Virus record (IMG/VR): IMGVR_UViG_3300045988_171839
Coordinates: 1-64,000 of that record
Origin: a virus
Reading direction: 5' to 3' (one strand)
Length of the DNA stretch: 64,000 bases
This document shows positions 26,264-36,448 of the stretch, in pieces. Numbering within the stretch: the stretch's first letter is position 1; the number at the start of each line of letters is the position of its first letter. The position numbers and the translations under genes are program-made. The notes below the pieces were generated by a model. It was given only the letters and a program-made list of their open reading frames with translations. It was not told the origin of the DNA and ran no database searches.

Positions 26264-27274
26264 TTATTGCGCTGCTATGGTGATTTCGCTCGAGTCTTTG
26301 CCGCCGAATGACGCTTTCAAAGTGCCTGCTTTTAGTTTGCCATCCTCTACCGCCGTACCCGTCAACGAGGGCTTGCTAATGACCGCAATTGCTTTATCGC
26401 TATACAACGCATATACAACAACATCGTTCACAGACGCGCCGACTTTAGCGGTCGCTTCGTCGATCAAGACAGATTGAACTTCTCTATTGTCAATAACCTC
26501 GATCATACGGAAGAGCTTGCCGCTGTTTGCGTCGCAGCCTTCGGTCATGACCATAGCAGTACCATTGAGACTCATCGTCGCATTGGAACTCATATTGAAG
26601 GTGAATTCTTGTCCACCATCGAGTTGGAATCTCGGAACTTCGAACGTAAGCGTGCCAGCTTTGCTTCCCTTAGAAGCCGCACAAGCATCACCTGCGAAAA
26701 TCGGAACAGTGATGATGAGCATAAGCTCTTGAGGGATCATATCACTCTTAACAACTGCTTCAAGCGCCTTGTCGTTATTCGCAAGATAACGCACGCAATA
26801 GGTTTTGCCATCTTCGATACCACTGTCTGTAAGCACTGAGCCAGCTGCTATTTGTACTGCAGTATAGTTATCTTGCCCTTCTTCGCTGTACCAAGCAATA
26901 ATGCCAGAGCCATCACTACACTTCAACATAGACAAAGACACAGGTGCTTTGCTGAGGGTCAATTCGCCCGCTTTGGCTGCTGTGATGGTTTCACTTTCAT
27001 ATGCTGCAGCATTTGCCGTGAAGTTTGTGCCAAGTTGTGCCTCGACATAGCCTTCTTTGAAAAGAATGTCAGTAAGCGTAATTGCCACTGCAGGATCGTG
27101 GAAGAAGTTGGTCACGACAGGTGCGCCAGTACCACCACGAAGTTCGTCTTTCGTGATCGTGACAGAAATCGAAGAGTCCGTCAAAGTCTTTGCGACGAAA
27201 GCCATTTTCGGTTGGCCATTCACCATACGGAAAGCTTCAGCGCTACCAACGGAGCCTAAAAAATATTTTGCCAT
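26264..27274 (-). CDS. Major tail (tube) protein candidate
   Basis: AAGGAG SD. The call rests on a 336-aa size and position at the end of the head-tail joining block, not on motifs. Confidence 0.4.
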   Translation of the reverse strand: MAKYFLGSVGSAEAFRMVNGQPKMAFVAKTLTDSSISVTITKDELRGGTGAPVVTNFFHDPAVAITLTDILFKEGYVEAQLGTNFTANAAAYESETITAAKAGELTLSKAPVSLSMLKCSDGSGIIAWYSEEGQDNYTAVQIAAGSVLTDSGIEDGKTYCVRYLANNDKALEAVVKSDMIPQELMLIITVPIFAGDACAASKGSKAGTLTFEVPRFQLDGGQEFTFNMSSNATMSLNGTAMVMTEGCDANSGKLFRMIEVIDNREVQSVLIDEATAKVGASVNDVVVYALYSDKAIAVISKPSLTGTAVEDGKLKAGTLKASFGGKDSSEITIAAQ

Positions 27275-27307
27275 ATTAGTTTCTCCTTATATAATTAAAT
27301 TATGTTT

Positions 27308-28231
27308 TTAGATTTGAGACATCTGGCCCTTGAATTCATCAAGAGTCTTATAAGCGTCACCCAAAACATCTGTCTCTTTTTTATATATCCAATGTTCAGG
27401 CGGTTCTTTCATTGAAACCATTCCGGTCATCATACCAACACGAGTGGCCTCATATTGGATTACATCATCAACCGTCGTTAACAACATCAAGAACTTTCGG
27501 ATGGGCATATCATACAGCTCGCTCAGCTTATAGCTGGTTTTAGCCGAAACACATACCATCTTTTTCTCAGTGGTCGCTTTTCCACTCTTTTGGCTTTTGA
27601 TTCTGATACGTTCTGCGTAGTCAGCCTTCAAGTCAGGATCAATCTTGCTGTCATCATAATAATCAGGTAAATTCTGATACATTACAATTTGCCTTAAACG
27701 CTCAAACGCCGCAGCGTCGATTGAATGTCCCGCTACGACTAACTTATACTTCTTCGTTTCCGGATCTGCAACATACCGTATCATTGCCTCAAGTTGTGTT
27801 GAACCACACTTGGGACAAGCCACCAACTTTTCCTCTTCTGGTTTTTCCTGAGTGAGAATTTCTCTGTGTTGAGTTATAAACTCGGCGTAAGTCATTGTGT
27901 TGCCGCATTGAGGGCACCACACCCCATCTTTTAAATGGAAAATCAACTCAAACAATTTACTCAAGCGAAGAGTCCAAAGTTGCCCTTCTTCTTGATCATT
28001 AAGTTTTCCGATCAAAAAATCTAGATGAGTTTGTTTAAGGCCTTCAAGGGTTTCGTTTTTATTCAACGTTAAACACGGATTTACCAACATAAAATCGTTG
28101 TAATTCCGCATTGATATTGGATAAATTTGTAACCCACAAAAGGGAACGGGTTCGTCATAGGTAAAATACGTAGCCTCATACTGTTGAATTTCGTTGGCTA
28201 TTTTTTCGCTCAAACACCCATATCTGTCCAT
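27308..28231 (-). CDS. Hypothetical structural protein with zinc-ribbon motifs
   Basis: AAGGAGG SD. Contains CPQCGN...CPKCGS. Confidence 0.4.
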   Translation of the reverse strand: MDRYGCLSEKIANEIQQYEATYFTYDEPVPFCGLQIYPISMRNYNDFMLVNPCLTLNKNETLEGLKQTHLDFLIGKLNDQEEGQLWTLRLSKLFELIFHLKDGVWCPQCGNTMTYAEFITQHREILTQEKPEEEKLVACPKCGSTQLEAMIRYVADPETKKYKLVVAGHSIDAAAFERLRQIVMYQNLPDYYDDSKIDPDLKADYAERIRIKSQKSGKATTEKKMVCVSAKTSYKLSELYDMPIRKFLMLLTTVDDVIQYEATRVGMMTGMVSMKEPPEHWIYKKETDVLGDAYKTLDEFKGQMSQI

Positions 28232-28304
28232 TCTATCCTCCTTCTCATCCTTATATTTCAGTAGCTATTAATATATTGCGCTCATTTTAAGCTATTGAAA
28301 TCCT

Positions 28305-28997
28305 TTAGAAATTGCTATTCGGTCCTTCCGCTAATCCTGATACCAACATTGCCATCTTGGTAACGTGGCCCAGATAGGTTCGACCATTCCACAAATTTTG
28401 TTGTGAGTTGTTATAATAATTTGTTTTTTGGTTAAATTGGAAGTACCCAATTCCATCCAAATACAAACCATTCAACTCTGCAATCACGCTCTTTAACAGA
28501 ACGCTCTCGCGATTTTTATATAAAACCACCGCTTCTCCTTTTTTATCCGAATCGTTGGGATTCGGATTGGGAAGTAAGGGGTTTATATCTTGTGCGTCGG
28601 CATCTCCCATAATTTTAATAATCTTGCTGTGTGAAATTGTTTCTAACGCAATATTAACTACAGCGACCTCGTGGTTAGTCGGGAAAATGCCGTCTATATA
28701 AATATGGAGATGTGCACACTGTTCGGTCCACGCGTCGTCAACATATCTGGATAAAAACACTCTTTTATTTGTTTCTTGACCATCTTCAGTGTCGATTAGA
28801 GCATAACGCTCTTCGAGTGAAACATTGTCTTTAAACAAACAATCCATGGTTGGATACTTTAAGATTTTCCAAATATTTTGAGCATTTTTCGTTTGACTAT
28901 ACAACAAATGGGATATGATTTTCCACTCGATGCTGTCAAGATTGGTAAACCTATTGTAGTTGCTCATCTCATCATAACTACCTTGATATCCTGCCAT
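28305..28997 (-). CDS. Hypothetical structural protein
   Basis: ORF packed inside the morphogenesis operon. Confidence 0.4.
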   Translation of the reverse strand: MAGYQGSYDEMSNYNRFTNLDSIEWKIISHLLYSQTKNAQNIWKILKYPTMDCLFKDNVSLEERYALIDTEDGQETNKRVFLSRYVDDAWTEQCAHLHIYIDGIFPTNHEVAVVNIALETISHSKIIKIMGDADAQDINPLLPNPNPNDSDKKGEAVVLYKNRESVLLKSVIAELNGLYLDGIGYFQFNQKTNYYNNSQQNLWNGRTYLGHVTKMAMLVSGLAEGPNSNF

Positions 28998-29003
28998 AAT
29001 ACC

Positions 29004-30146
29004 TTATAACCCCCTTAGTGAAATATTAAATTTATATGTCACGTCCACACCTTCAAGAATTGCCTTGCAGGTAACTTCTAAATTTCCCGCCGGATAGAAT
29101 TTTAATTTTTGCAACGAAAAGCTATTACCTTCCAATTGCTCAAATTTGACATATTTGTCTCTAACTGAATCATCAACGGGTTGTGGTGGACTAGAGGCAT
29201 TCATAAGCTGATACGTGGTTACAACCGGCGTATCGGTGGATACACCAGAAGCATATACCACAGGCTTAAATATCAACGGCTCATTTGAAAGCGTTTCGGG
29301 AATAACAGATGGTTCGTCTAATCGGATTTGATAATCCGTTTCTGTTCCAGTTTCTTCAACAACAACGCTTTCTTTTTGGTTATACGCAATGCGCGTTTGA
29401 AAATTATCGTATTCAGATTTTTGGACAACTTCAAAATACAGAATAATTGTTCCTAAATCATCATCCACAAATGTGCGATTTGAAGCAAATTTACTAATTG
29501 CTTGTATACGATAAACTTGGTCATATCCAACAATAAACCGTTGGTTGACATAATATTTACGCGTAAACTCATTGTGCTGCACAATTACGGTTAAATCCGA
29601 TGATTGGCTTACCGCCGTCTGATTATACACTATGTTAACGCCAGCAAGCTCTTTTGTTTGAACTGCAGGCTCATAATGATAACGTGTTATACCTTGAGCG
29701 TCTAAGTATTCGCTACCCAAAGTACCGTTGCATCGCGCAATAATGGCGCTTGCGGTTGCGTCACCGGTATTACGGTTGGTCGTTAACCAAACACTCTTGT
29801 TTTCCTCTGGCTCATCAATATCATATTGGAATGAAAATTTAAATTTTAATCCCAAGGGACATTGATAGTGCACATCGCGAAATACCACACGACGCCAGTC
29901 GTCAGAAATCGGAACGCCTTTATCGGTTTTAACTGTTTGTAAAACGACCTCCAAGGGGACGAACTGGTTTGTCCCAATTGCCGTCTCTTGTTCAATCAAT
30001 GCACGATTGGGACGGTAATCCCAATCGGCATCTACCTTATCTTGAATTTCTTTTAGCCAATAATTTTGAGGTACGTAATTGCGTGGAGTTTGTGAAATCA
30101 AATTATAAGGATTTGGTCTGTTTGTAGTATCATAAACTTTACCCAT
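29004..30146 (-). CDS. Hypothetical structural protein
   Basis: Start moved to the ATG at 30146 (MGKVYD...), 8 nt after GAGGAGG. Confidence 0.4.
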   Translation of the reverse strand: MGKVYDTTNRPNPYNLISQTPRNYVPQNYWLKEIQDKVDADWDYRPNRALIEQETAIGTNQFVPLEVVLQTVKTDKGVPISDDWRRVVFRDVHYQCPLGLKFKFSFQYDIDEPEENKSVWLTTNRNTGDATASAIIARCNGTLGSEYLDAQGITRYHYEPAVQTKELAGVNIVYNQTAVSQSSDLTVIVQHNEFTRKYYVNQRFIVGYDQVYRIQAISKFASNRTFVDDDLGTIILYFEVVQKSEYDNFQTRIAYNQKESVVVEETGTETDYQIRLDEPSVIPETLSNEPLIFKPVVYASGVSTDTPVVTTYQLMNASSPPQPVDDSVRDKYVKFEQLEGNSFSLQKLKFYPAGNLEVTCKAILEGVDVTYKFNISLRGL

Positions 30147-30165
30147 TCGCACCACCTCCTCATTA

Positions 30166-30489
30166 TCACAAGCTTTTTAACAAATGATCGATAATGCCTT
30201 TGGTTTCAAAAATTTGTTTCCGCACCAACGAATAAGGGAGATTTTTATAATCTCGAATACCGTTTAATTTTACAATTACATCAACTAAAGCACCATCAAA
30301 TAAAATATTGGCCGAATTCACCTCAAACAACTGGCTTACAATATAATCATCCGCAGTGATTCTATGTTCATCTTGAACAGTGTTTTTAGTTTCATCTTCA
30401 ATAAGATACAGAATTTTTATACATCGCTTACTCAGTTTGTGAAGGTAATCTTTTTTTGCCTCTAAGGGTAGTATTAACTTATTTGCCAA
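30166..30489 (-). CDS. Hypothetical protein
   Basis: The ORF has no ATG. The TTG at 30489 lies 8 nt after GGAGG, but the start is uncertain. Confidence 0.35.
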   Translation of the reverse strand: MANKLILPLEAKKDYLHKLSKRCIKILYLIEDETKNTVQDEHRITADDYIVSQLFEVNSANILFDGALVDVIVKLNGIRDYKNLPYSLVRKQIFETKGIIDHLLKSL

Positions 30490-31171
30490 TTTGTTTACCT
30501 CCAATTGCTCCGGACCATAAATCCCATGATAACTTCTGTGTCAAATCATTTAAACCTTCACGGATATTTTGGTACCACTCGGTTTTTGCTCTTACAGAAT
30601 TGGCCGGCGAATGTAATTTAAAATCTGTATCAGTTAAAATATTGCGAATATCCAACATGAAGTTCTTTTCATTCTCAGCCCACCCCAAAAGCAAACAGTG
30701 TGCTAAAATATCTTTCGTACGCGATTCTATAAACGCAGACGAAATGTTTGACGAAAACCCTGTGAAATCTGCCGAAAACTCGCCAGCATAATACCACTCA
30801 GCCGAACAAGGTGTTCCGTTTGGCACGTCGTGCGAGAATGTCACGACTTTGGTTTCGGGATTGTACTCCGCCAGTGGATCTGGTGTTTTTCCAATGAAAA
30901 AACTCATTACCGCATTATCCAGCGGAGTCGTAGACAAAGTATAACTAGCGCCACCGTTGCCGTCAAAAACCTCTAACCTTCCTTGAGCTTCTGTATAATT
31001 AGAAAACCTTGAGGAAACTGTTGTGGGATTTGCAAACATCCCTAAGCCGTTAATCAAGTATGGTCTCATTGTTTTTGAAAATTCAACGGGGTTGAGTTCA
31101 TAAGCACGTAAAATATCGGGGTCATCGAACAAATTCACCGCGCGATTAAAAATATCTTCAAATAGAATCAT
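30479..31171 (-). CDS. Hypothetical head-tail joining candidate
   Basis: ORF in the morphogenesis operon. The call rests on position only. Confidence 0.4.
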   Translation of the reverse strand: MILFEDIFNRAVNLFDDPDILRAYELNPVEFSKTMRPYLINGLGMFANPTTVSSRFSNYTEAQGRLEVFDGNGGASYTLSTTPLDNAVMSFFIGKTPDPLAEYNPETKVVTFSHDVPNGTPCSAEWYYAGEFSADFTGFSSNISSAFIESRTKDILAHCLLLGWAENEKNFMLDIRNILTDTDFKLHSPANSVRAKTEWYQNIREGLNDLTQKLSWDLWSGAIGGKQIGK

Positions 31172-31190
31172 AACGACCCCCTATTAAAAA

Positions 31191-31883
31191 TTATTTGTTA
31201 GTAGTTAGCTCGAGGATTTCGTACTCGAACGCGTTGTTGGTAAAACCATTAAGAATCTGCAACTTTTTCAAATCTCTGAATTCGGGTGCTTTTTCAATGA
31301 ATTTACGCTTCCAGTAACTTACAATGAAATCTTTTTGACCATCGCAAACTTTTTCGTAAATATCCTGCACTTCATTCATGGGAAGTGTGCCAAGTTTGCG
31401 AATAAACTCAGAGTTTATCAACGACTCAGACGCCATTTTAAGATTGTTACGACGTGCATAGTATTCCGAACCAGCACCGACAGCAATAATACCACGGTCA
31501 AACCAAGAACGATATTTACCAACAAGTTCTTCAAATTGTTGAACTGTCAAAGTACGCATTTCGCCAAATGCCACCATATCGATGGAATAGTTTGACAGCT
31601 GTATGTGAGTGGTGATTCCAGGTGCATTATCAAACAGGTGTACAATAGTAACCTCATCGTTACGATCGTAGCTTTTATTTTGAGCCGTGGGCATCCCCAT
31701 ATTGTTTTTCAACTCTGCAAATTGAGCCATTAAAGACTTTATCGAATCTTCGAGTTGTGCGTTTTGATTACGCAAAAAATCTATTTCTTCCTGCTTATTG
31801 TCAGGTTTAATTTCAGTTTTTACAACCTTTTCTTCTTTGATTGCCTTTTCTACCGTCTGGGTAGCTTCCTTGTTATTTGCCAT
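31191..31883 (-). CDS. Hypothetical protein with coiled-coil N-terminus
   Basis: AAGGAG SD. Sits immediately downstream of the capsid gene terminator. Confidence 0.4.
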   Translation of the reverse strand: MANNKEATQTVEKAIKEEKVVKTEIKPDNKQEEIDFLRNQNAQLEDSIKSLMAQFAELKNNMGMPTAQNKSYDRNDEVTIVHLFDNAPGITTHIQLSNYSIDMVAFGEMRTLTVQQFEELVGKYRSWFDRGIIAVGAGSEYYARRNNLKMASESLINSEFIRKLGTLPMNEVQDIYEKVCDGQKDFIVSYWKRKFIEKAPEFRDLKKLQILNGFTNNAFEYEILELTTNK

Positions 31884-31919
31884 AATAAGTCTCCTTGTGA
31901 ACTAAAAATCTAAGATAAT

Positions 31920-31951
31920 AAGTCTCAACAAGGGCCTCCAAAAGGAGGCCC
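31920..31951 (-). terminator. Intrinsic terminator or attenuator after the capsid gene
   Basis: The minus strand reads GGGCCTCC-TTTT-GGAGGCCC followed by TTGTTGAGACTTATT. Confidence 0.55.
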
Positions 31952-31970
31952 GAATTAGACTTTAAATTAA

Positions 31971-33068
31971 TTATTGAAGATCGATACGACCAAATTTCGA
32001 ACCAACGATCGCCGAAACACCAACCCTCATTTGGATACGGATGCCGTATCTCTTATCGGTGGTTTCTTCGGGGATTCTTTCAACCGTCATCGAAGTGCCT
32101 TCGAAAACGATCTTGACAGGTTTGTACGAATCTGCCGCAACCAGATAAATCTTGTTATCGGGAACTGCGAGGTCAGCCGTCGTATTGATGGTTGTCGGAA
32201 CGAGAGCGGGATCAACGGGAATCATTCTCGCACCAAGGAATTTATCAAGATAACCCTTGGAGAGATAATCTTCGCCAACAAAATATTGAAGGCCAAGGCC
32301 GTTAGCACCCGTGGTGTTGACTTTCATCAACGCACCAAGCGAACCAATTGCATAAACGGGAGCGCCACCGTTTGCCGCCGAAACTTTCTGAACAAGGTGA
32401 GTCCAGTTGTCGGGGGTGTAGCCGTTAGCAATATAACCAGCGCCCATCATGTCGCCCGTGACCGAAGTCATAGCAGCAATAACTTTCAGGAAGATATATG
32501 CTTCGAACGAACGGCCAGCACGGAGACCGAAGTCACCCCAATCGAACACACCAGCTGCGACTGCATACCAGTCAATAGCCGTTGCGATTTCGATCGGCGA
32601 GGGGTTAACCGTAACTTCGTTATCGAAGATGGGTTGCAATACACCACGGTTTACACCTTCTGCGATTTCGTTGACTTTGAAGAGTTCGTTAGAACGGATA
32701 ATGAAACGACCAGTGTCGCCCCAACCGATTTGACGAACTTCAGCAAGGAATCTCGAATAATCCGCACTGGTGACCGACGGAGCGATCGCATTGACTACTT
32801 CAGCGATAACAGCTTCGAAGTTGCTGCGAACGGTTTCGTTTTTCGTGATTTGAGGATTCCTCATGCAAGCAAGGCCTTCCTGCTCGAATTTAGCTTCGAA
32901 ACGGGTGCCTTCAAGCGCGTATTTAACGATTGCTTCGTTTTGGAGTCTGAGGTCGTCTTTCGAGGGCTCAGATTTTGCTTCATAATGAGCTTGAGCACTT
33001 TCAACGATCGAGTTGATGATTGCGTTGAAATTGTCGTCTTGACTATTAAAATTGAAATGTTCCATCAT
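31971..33068 (-). CDS. Major capsid protein candidate
   Basis: GGGAGG SD and 365 aa. It follows the protease/scaffold and decoration-like genes and is followed by a terminator. The call rests on position and size. Confidence 0.5.
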   Translation of the reverse strand: MMEHFNFNSQDDNFNAIINSIVESAQAHYEAKSEPSKDDLRLQNEAIVKYALEGTRFEAKFEQEGLACMRNPQITKNETVRSNFEAVIAEVVNAIAPSVTSADYSRFLAEVRQIGWGDTGRFIIRSNELFKVNEIAEGVNRGVLQPIFDNEVTVNPSPIEIATAIDWYAVAAGVFDWGDFGLRAGRSFEAYIFLKVIAAMTSVTGDMMGAGYIANGYTPDNWTHLVQKVSAANGGAPVYAIGSLGALMKVNTTGANGLGLQYFVGEDYLSKGYLDKFLGARMIPVDPALVPTTINTTADLAVPDNKIYLVAADSYKPVKIVFEGTSMTVERIPEETTDKRYGIRIQMRVGVSAIVGSKFGRIDLQ

Positions 33069-33087
33069 TGCTGTAGTCCTCCCTTAA

Positions 33088-33648
33088 TTAAAGTCCAACG
33101 ACTTCGCAAAGATAGAGTTTGCCATTGGCCGACTGACCATAGTTGAAATCTTTGCCGAGGTGAATTTTGACATTGAGTTGACCCTCAGTGATAGTTTTTG
33201 CACCACTGTCTTTAAGGGTCGTTTTGTTTGCTTCAAGACCTGCGATGTTGCCAACGACAACAGCACCATTGAAGTTGCCTTCGCCAAGCCAGAATCTGTC
33301 ATGGAGAGCAAGTCTGCGAGCACGAACAGGACGGCCAGCAGGTGCTACAAGGTCAAAAAGTTTGACGCCAATTCTATAAGAGTTACCAGAGATAGCTCCT
33401 TCAGAAACGCCAGGATAATCGATAACAACAACTTCGTCGGTCACAGCGGCCGGCGCAGCAGCGAGATAAACGTTGTAATCTTTATCGCCAGCTGCAACAT
33501 AAGTTTTATCGTCTTTGAGTTCGCCAAGTTTAACAAACGCGCCGTCTTCGATAGGAGCGTCGACGCCGTCAGCTTGGTATTGGCAGGAAATTACATAGGA
33601 CTGAACGTCTTCCGACATCATTTCAGCCGCTCTAAACACTTTTGCCAT
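33088..33648 (-). CDS. Capsid decoration / auxiliary head protein candidate
   Basis: AAAGGAG SD. Sits between the scaffold and capsid genes. Confidence 0.35.
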   Translation of the reverse strand: MAKVFRAAEMMSEDVQSYVISCQYQADGVDAPIEDGAFVKLGELKDDKTYVAAGDKDYNVYLAAAPAAVTDEVVVIDYPGVSEGAISGNSYRIGVKLFDLVAPAGRPVRARRLALHDRFWLGEGNFNGAVVVGNIAGLEANKTTLKDSGAKTITEGQLNVKIHLGKDFNYGQSANGKLYLCEVVGL

Positions 33649-33703
33649 AATAAGTTTTCTCCTTTATATAATTAAATAAAATGTATTATTTTTCGTATGC
33701 TGA

Positions 33704-35188
33704 TTATTCTCTTCCAACATACAGTTTTAGTTTGTCCATAGCACTCATATTCTTCTCAGATTTGATTTCTACGGGTTTTGCGATAGGTGTGGTAAACGTC
33801 TCTTTTTTGTGAGTTTTACTGCCCTTGTTCGCGTTAAAGACTGCCAATGCTACTTCTGCACGCAATGCGTCAGACGAAGCATACTCGCCACGTGCGCACT
33901 TATCGAAAATCGCATCACATTGCTCTTTATTGACGTTTTCGTCGTCCAAAAGCTCGTGCGCTTCTGCCACACGCTTCTCGCACTCAATAGCAAATAGCGC
34001 TTGGTTGGCTTTAGCGAGTTGTTCTTTGATCTCGTCATAATCGAAATATTTAGAATAAGCTTCTTCTTTTTCGGCCATCTTACACTCAAGCTCTTCAATG
34101 CGTTTCATTAGTTCGCAATTTTTTGCTTCGAGTTCGCCGCATTTCATCAAAAGCTCTTCTTCTGGATTGGGAGCAGGTTCGCCTTCGCCTTCGGGTTCTC
34201 CCGAATAAGCAGGTTCTGCGCCTTCTTCACCAGAGGGACATTCCGAATATGCAGGTTCAGGATTATCGGAACCTTTGTCGTCATCTGAATCGTCATCATC
34301 TTGATCGTCATCTTGATCGTCGTCTTTATCGTCGTCGTTATCGTCGTCGTTATCGTCGTCCATATGGCAATCTTGACACTGAGCGTCTTCTTGTTCCGGT
34401 GCAACTGGGCACTCTTCTTGCGCCACTTCACCTTCACTACAGTTAACGACTTGGGCTTCTTCCTGTAAAGTCAATTCATTGTCCAACTGCTCGCTATCCT
34501 CCTTGTTAGATTTTTCGACTTCCACTGCGTCGCCATCCAATTCTTTGTAAGCAAAACACAATGCCGTCTTCTGTCTGTTGAAAACCTCATTATCGATGAT
34601 ATCCAAGACTGACGCCGATGCACCCTCGATACCTTCCGTAACTGGTTTCCCGTTTTTCGAACCTAATATAGTGATGCCCAGAAGTTCAAACTTATTGATA
34701 TATCTGATACCATCCCTATCCTCGTAGTCCTTTATATCGATCTCAACAGAGACTTTCTTTTTCTTATCTTTAAGCAACCTTTTAATTTGAGGCAAAGCGT
34801 ATTGTACCCACAGAGCGCATGTAAGTACAATCCAATTTTTCCCCTTATTATCGGGCTCTATAGAGATAGAATCAGACTCTCTGATCAATCCTAATATTCT
34901 CTCACCGTTGGGCATAGTTGTGTCCCAATAAGGTGTGTCGGTCTCGGAATCTCTTTTCCAAGTGCCGTTGTGAGATTCAAAATCTTGCTCTTTTGTATTA
35001 AAATATCCCAAAATTGGTTTGTTTCTAAAACTGGGAAGAGCACCCTGCATCGCTTCCAAAGAGAAGCTACTGTGATTACGATTTTCGCCTTCTGAAATAG
35101 CTTTCATCTCAAGTTGTAAGAAATTACCGCCAAGGATTTTCTTTAACTTGATTCTATCAGCCTCAAGGCTAAACACCATTGGATTCAT
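33704..35188 (-). CDS. Prohead protease / scaffold fusion candidate
   Basis: The N-terminal region (...ISEGENRNHSSFSLEAMQGALPSFRNKPILGYFN...) resembles prohead-protease families. A long poly-Asp tract and a coiled-coil C-terminus follow. Located upstream of the capsid gene. Confidence 0.45.
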   Translation of the reverse strand: MNPMVFSLEADRIKLKKILGGNFLQLEMKAISEGENRNHSSFSLEAMQGALPSFRNKPILGYFNTKEQDFESHNGTWKRDSETDTPYWDTTMPNGERILGLIRESDSISIEPDNKGKNWIVLTCALWVQYALPQIKRLLKDKKKKVSVEIDIKDYEDRDGIRYINKFELLGITILGSKNGKPVTEGIEGASASVLDIIDNEVFNRQKTALCFAYKELDGDAVEVEKSNKEDSEQLDNELTLQEEAQVVNCSEGEVAQEECPVAPEQEDAQCQDCHMDDDNDDDNDDDKDDDQDDDQDDDDSDDDKGSDNPEPAYSECPSGEEGAEPAYSGEPEGEGEPAPNPEEELLMKCGELEAKNCELMKRIEELECKMAEKEEAYSKYFDYDEIKEQLAKANQALFAIECEKRVAEAHELLDDENVNKEQCDAIFDKCARGEYASSDALRAEVALAVFNANKGSKTHKKETFTTPIAKPVEIKSEKNMSAMDKLKLYVGRE

Positions 35189-35203
35189 ACAATTTAATCC
35201 CCC

Positions 35204-35917
35204 CTACTCTATTTGTTGTTCAACATGAGAAAATTGAAGGGCTCCGGAAATGCGTTGAGCTTTTTTACTCAAGCATATTTTTAGAGCTTCTTTATCCTCA
35301 GGCGTTTTCGCATTAAATTCAGCCGCAATGAACCCTAATACAACATTGGAAACGTTGTCCACTAAGGCTTTGAAATAAATAGCATCGCTACCCCAACACT
35401 TTAAAAAGTGATAACTACCAGGGTTTTTATTTTTTAGCGACTCAATATCATCAATATAACATTCGCCTCTTGTGGCTAACTCATTATCCAACTCAATAAA
35501 CAAAGCCCGCTGGACATTTTGGTAGTCCATCAGAAATGGTCTTGTTTGATTGTCAACAGCTTCTGCCACAATACTACATTTAGAAAAATTACGCGCATTT
35601 AAATATGTGCCACCATTATGATATGCTACACAAAAGGCACGATTTGCGCCATTCTCCTGAACGATTGCGGTTAACTGAGATTTAATATAAGTCGTAACTT
35701 TACGATTCTCAGCCTCTTCTGTTGGGCTATGTTTTTTAGAATCGTGTATTGCTAATTTAATGCTCGAATCGATAAGAGCTGTTAATCGTTTCTCCTGTTC
35801 TTCTGCGGCCCGATTTTGCCGTTTTTGCATAGCTAAAAGCAACCATAAAAGAATTCCCATAAGAACAGGATAAATACCATATTCAATAATTGATTCTACA
35901 ATTTCTCCCGGACCCAT
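35204..35917 (-). CDS. Membrane-anchored hypothetical protein
   Basis: N-terminal hydrophobic helix YPVLMGILLWLLLAM. GAGGTGA SD. Confidence 0.4.
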   Translation of the reverse strand: MGPGEIVESIIEYGIYPVLMGILLWLLLAMQKRQNRAAEEQEKRLTALIDSSIKLAIHDSKKHSPTEEAENRKVTTYIKSQLTAIVQENGANRAFCVAYHNGGTYLNARNFSKCSIVAEAVDNQTRPFLMDYQNVQRALFIELDNELATRGECYIDDIESLKNKNPGSYHFLKCWGSDAIYFKALVDNVSNVVLGFIAAEFNAKTPEDKEALKICLSKKAQRISGALQFSHVEQQIE

Positions 35918-35925
35918 ACTTCACC

Positions 35926-36429
35926 TCATTCTACAATGGGAATGAAGTGCGTATAATCGCTAAAGTGAATATCAAAATGGTACGCCGGTACGGTTTTTGC
36001 AACCTGAAGCCACTCGTCCGATTGTTTTACATAATTCAACAACACGCCATTAAGCAAATTTTCTCCAAAAATTCTGATGTCCACATCGTCCAGCATGTCC
36101 GCCAAATCTACGATTTCCTTACACTTCTCAAAAACCTTATTAACAGCAGCCGAATTGACGGCCATCATTAGTTGCAGATTGTCATATTCTTCATTTGCCC
36201 CATCCACGGGTAGCCTAATTGGTCTAGCGTTTAATTTGAGCATTTCGTCGCTAATCATATCTGCTACTTGGCCCCAAGCGTGTGCATAACTATGATGGAA
36301 TAACTCTGCTGAATGATTATAATATAGATTGGCCATATTATAATATATGTTATCCGCAACAGCATTCATCTCAAAACACATCTTAGCCAGCTCATTTAAC
36401 GCGTTGTAAGTTTCTTCATGAATTTTCAT
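35926..36429 (-). CDS. Hypothetical helical protein
   Basis: AAGGAGG SD. No secure motif. Confidence 0.4.
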   Translation of the reverse strand: MKIHEETYNALNELAKMCFEMNAVADNIYYNMANLYYNHSAELFHHSYAHAWGQVADMISDEMLKLNARPIRLPVDGANEEYDNLQLMMAVNSAAVNKVFEKCKEIVDLADMLDDVDIRIFGENLLNGVLLNYVKQSDEWLQVAKTVPAYHFDIHFSDYTHFIPIVE

Positions 36430-36448
36430 GCGTGATCCTCCTTAAAAT

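Noticed and set aside
31974-33146. 390-aa plus-strand ORF, the longest ORF on that strand in the left arm
   Set aside because: It is exactly antisense to the capsid-candidate gene. It lacks an SD and has an Arg/Ser/Cys-rich shadow-frame composition. The minus-strand gene has a strong SD and operon context.
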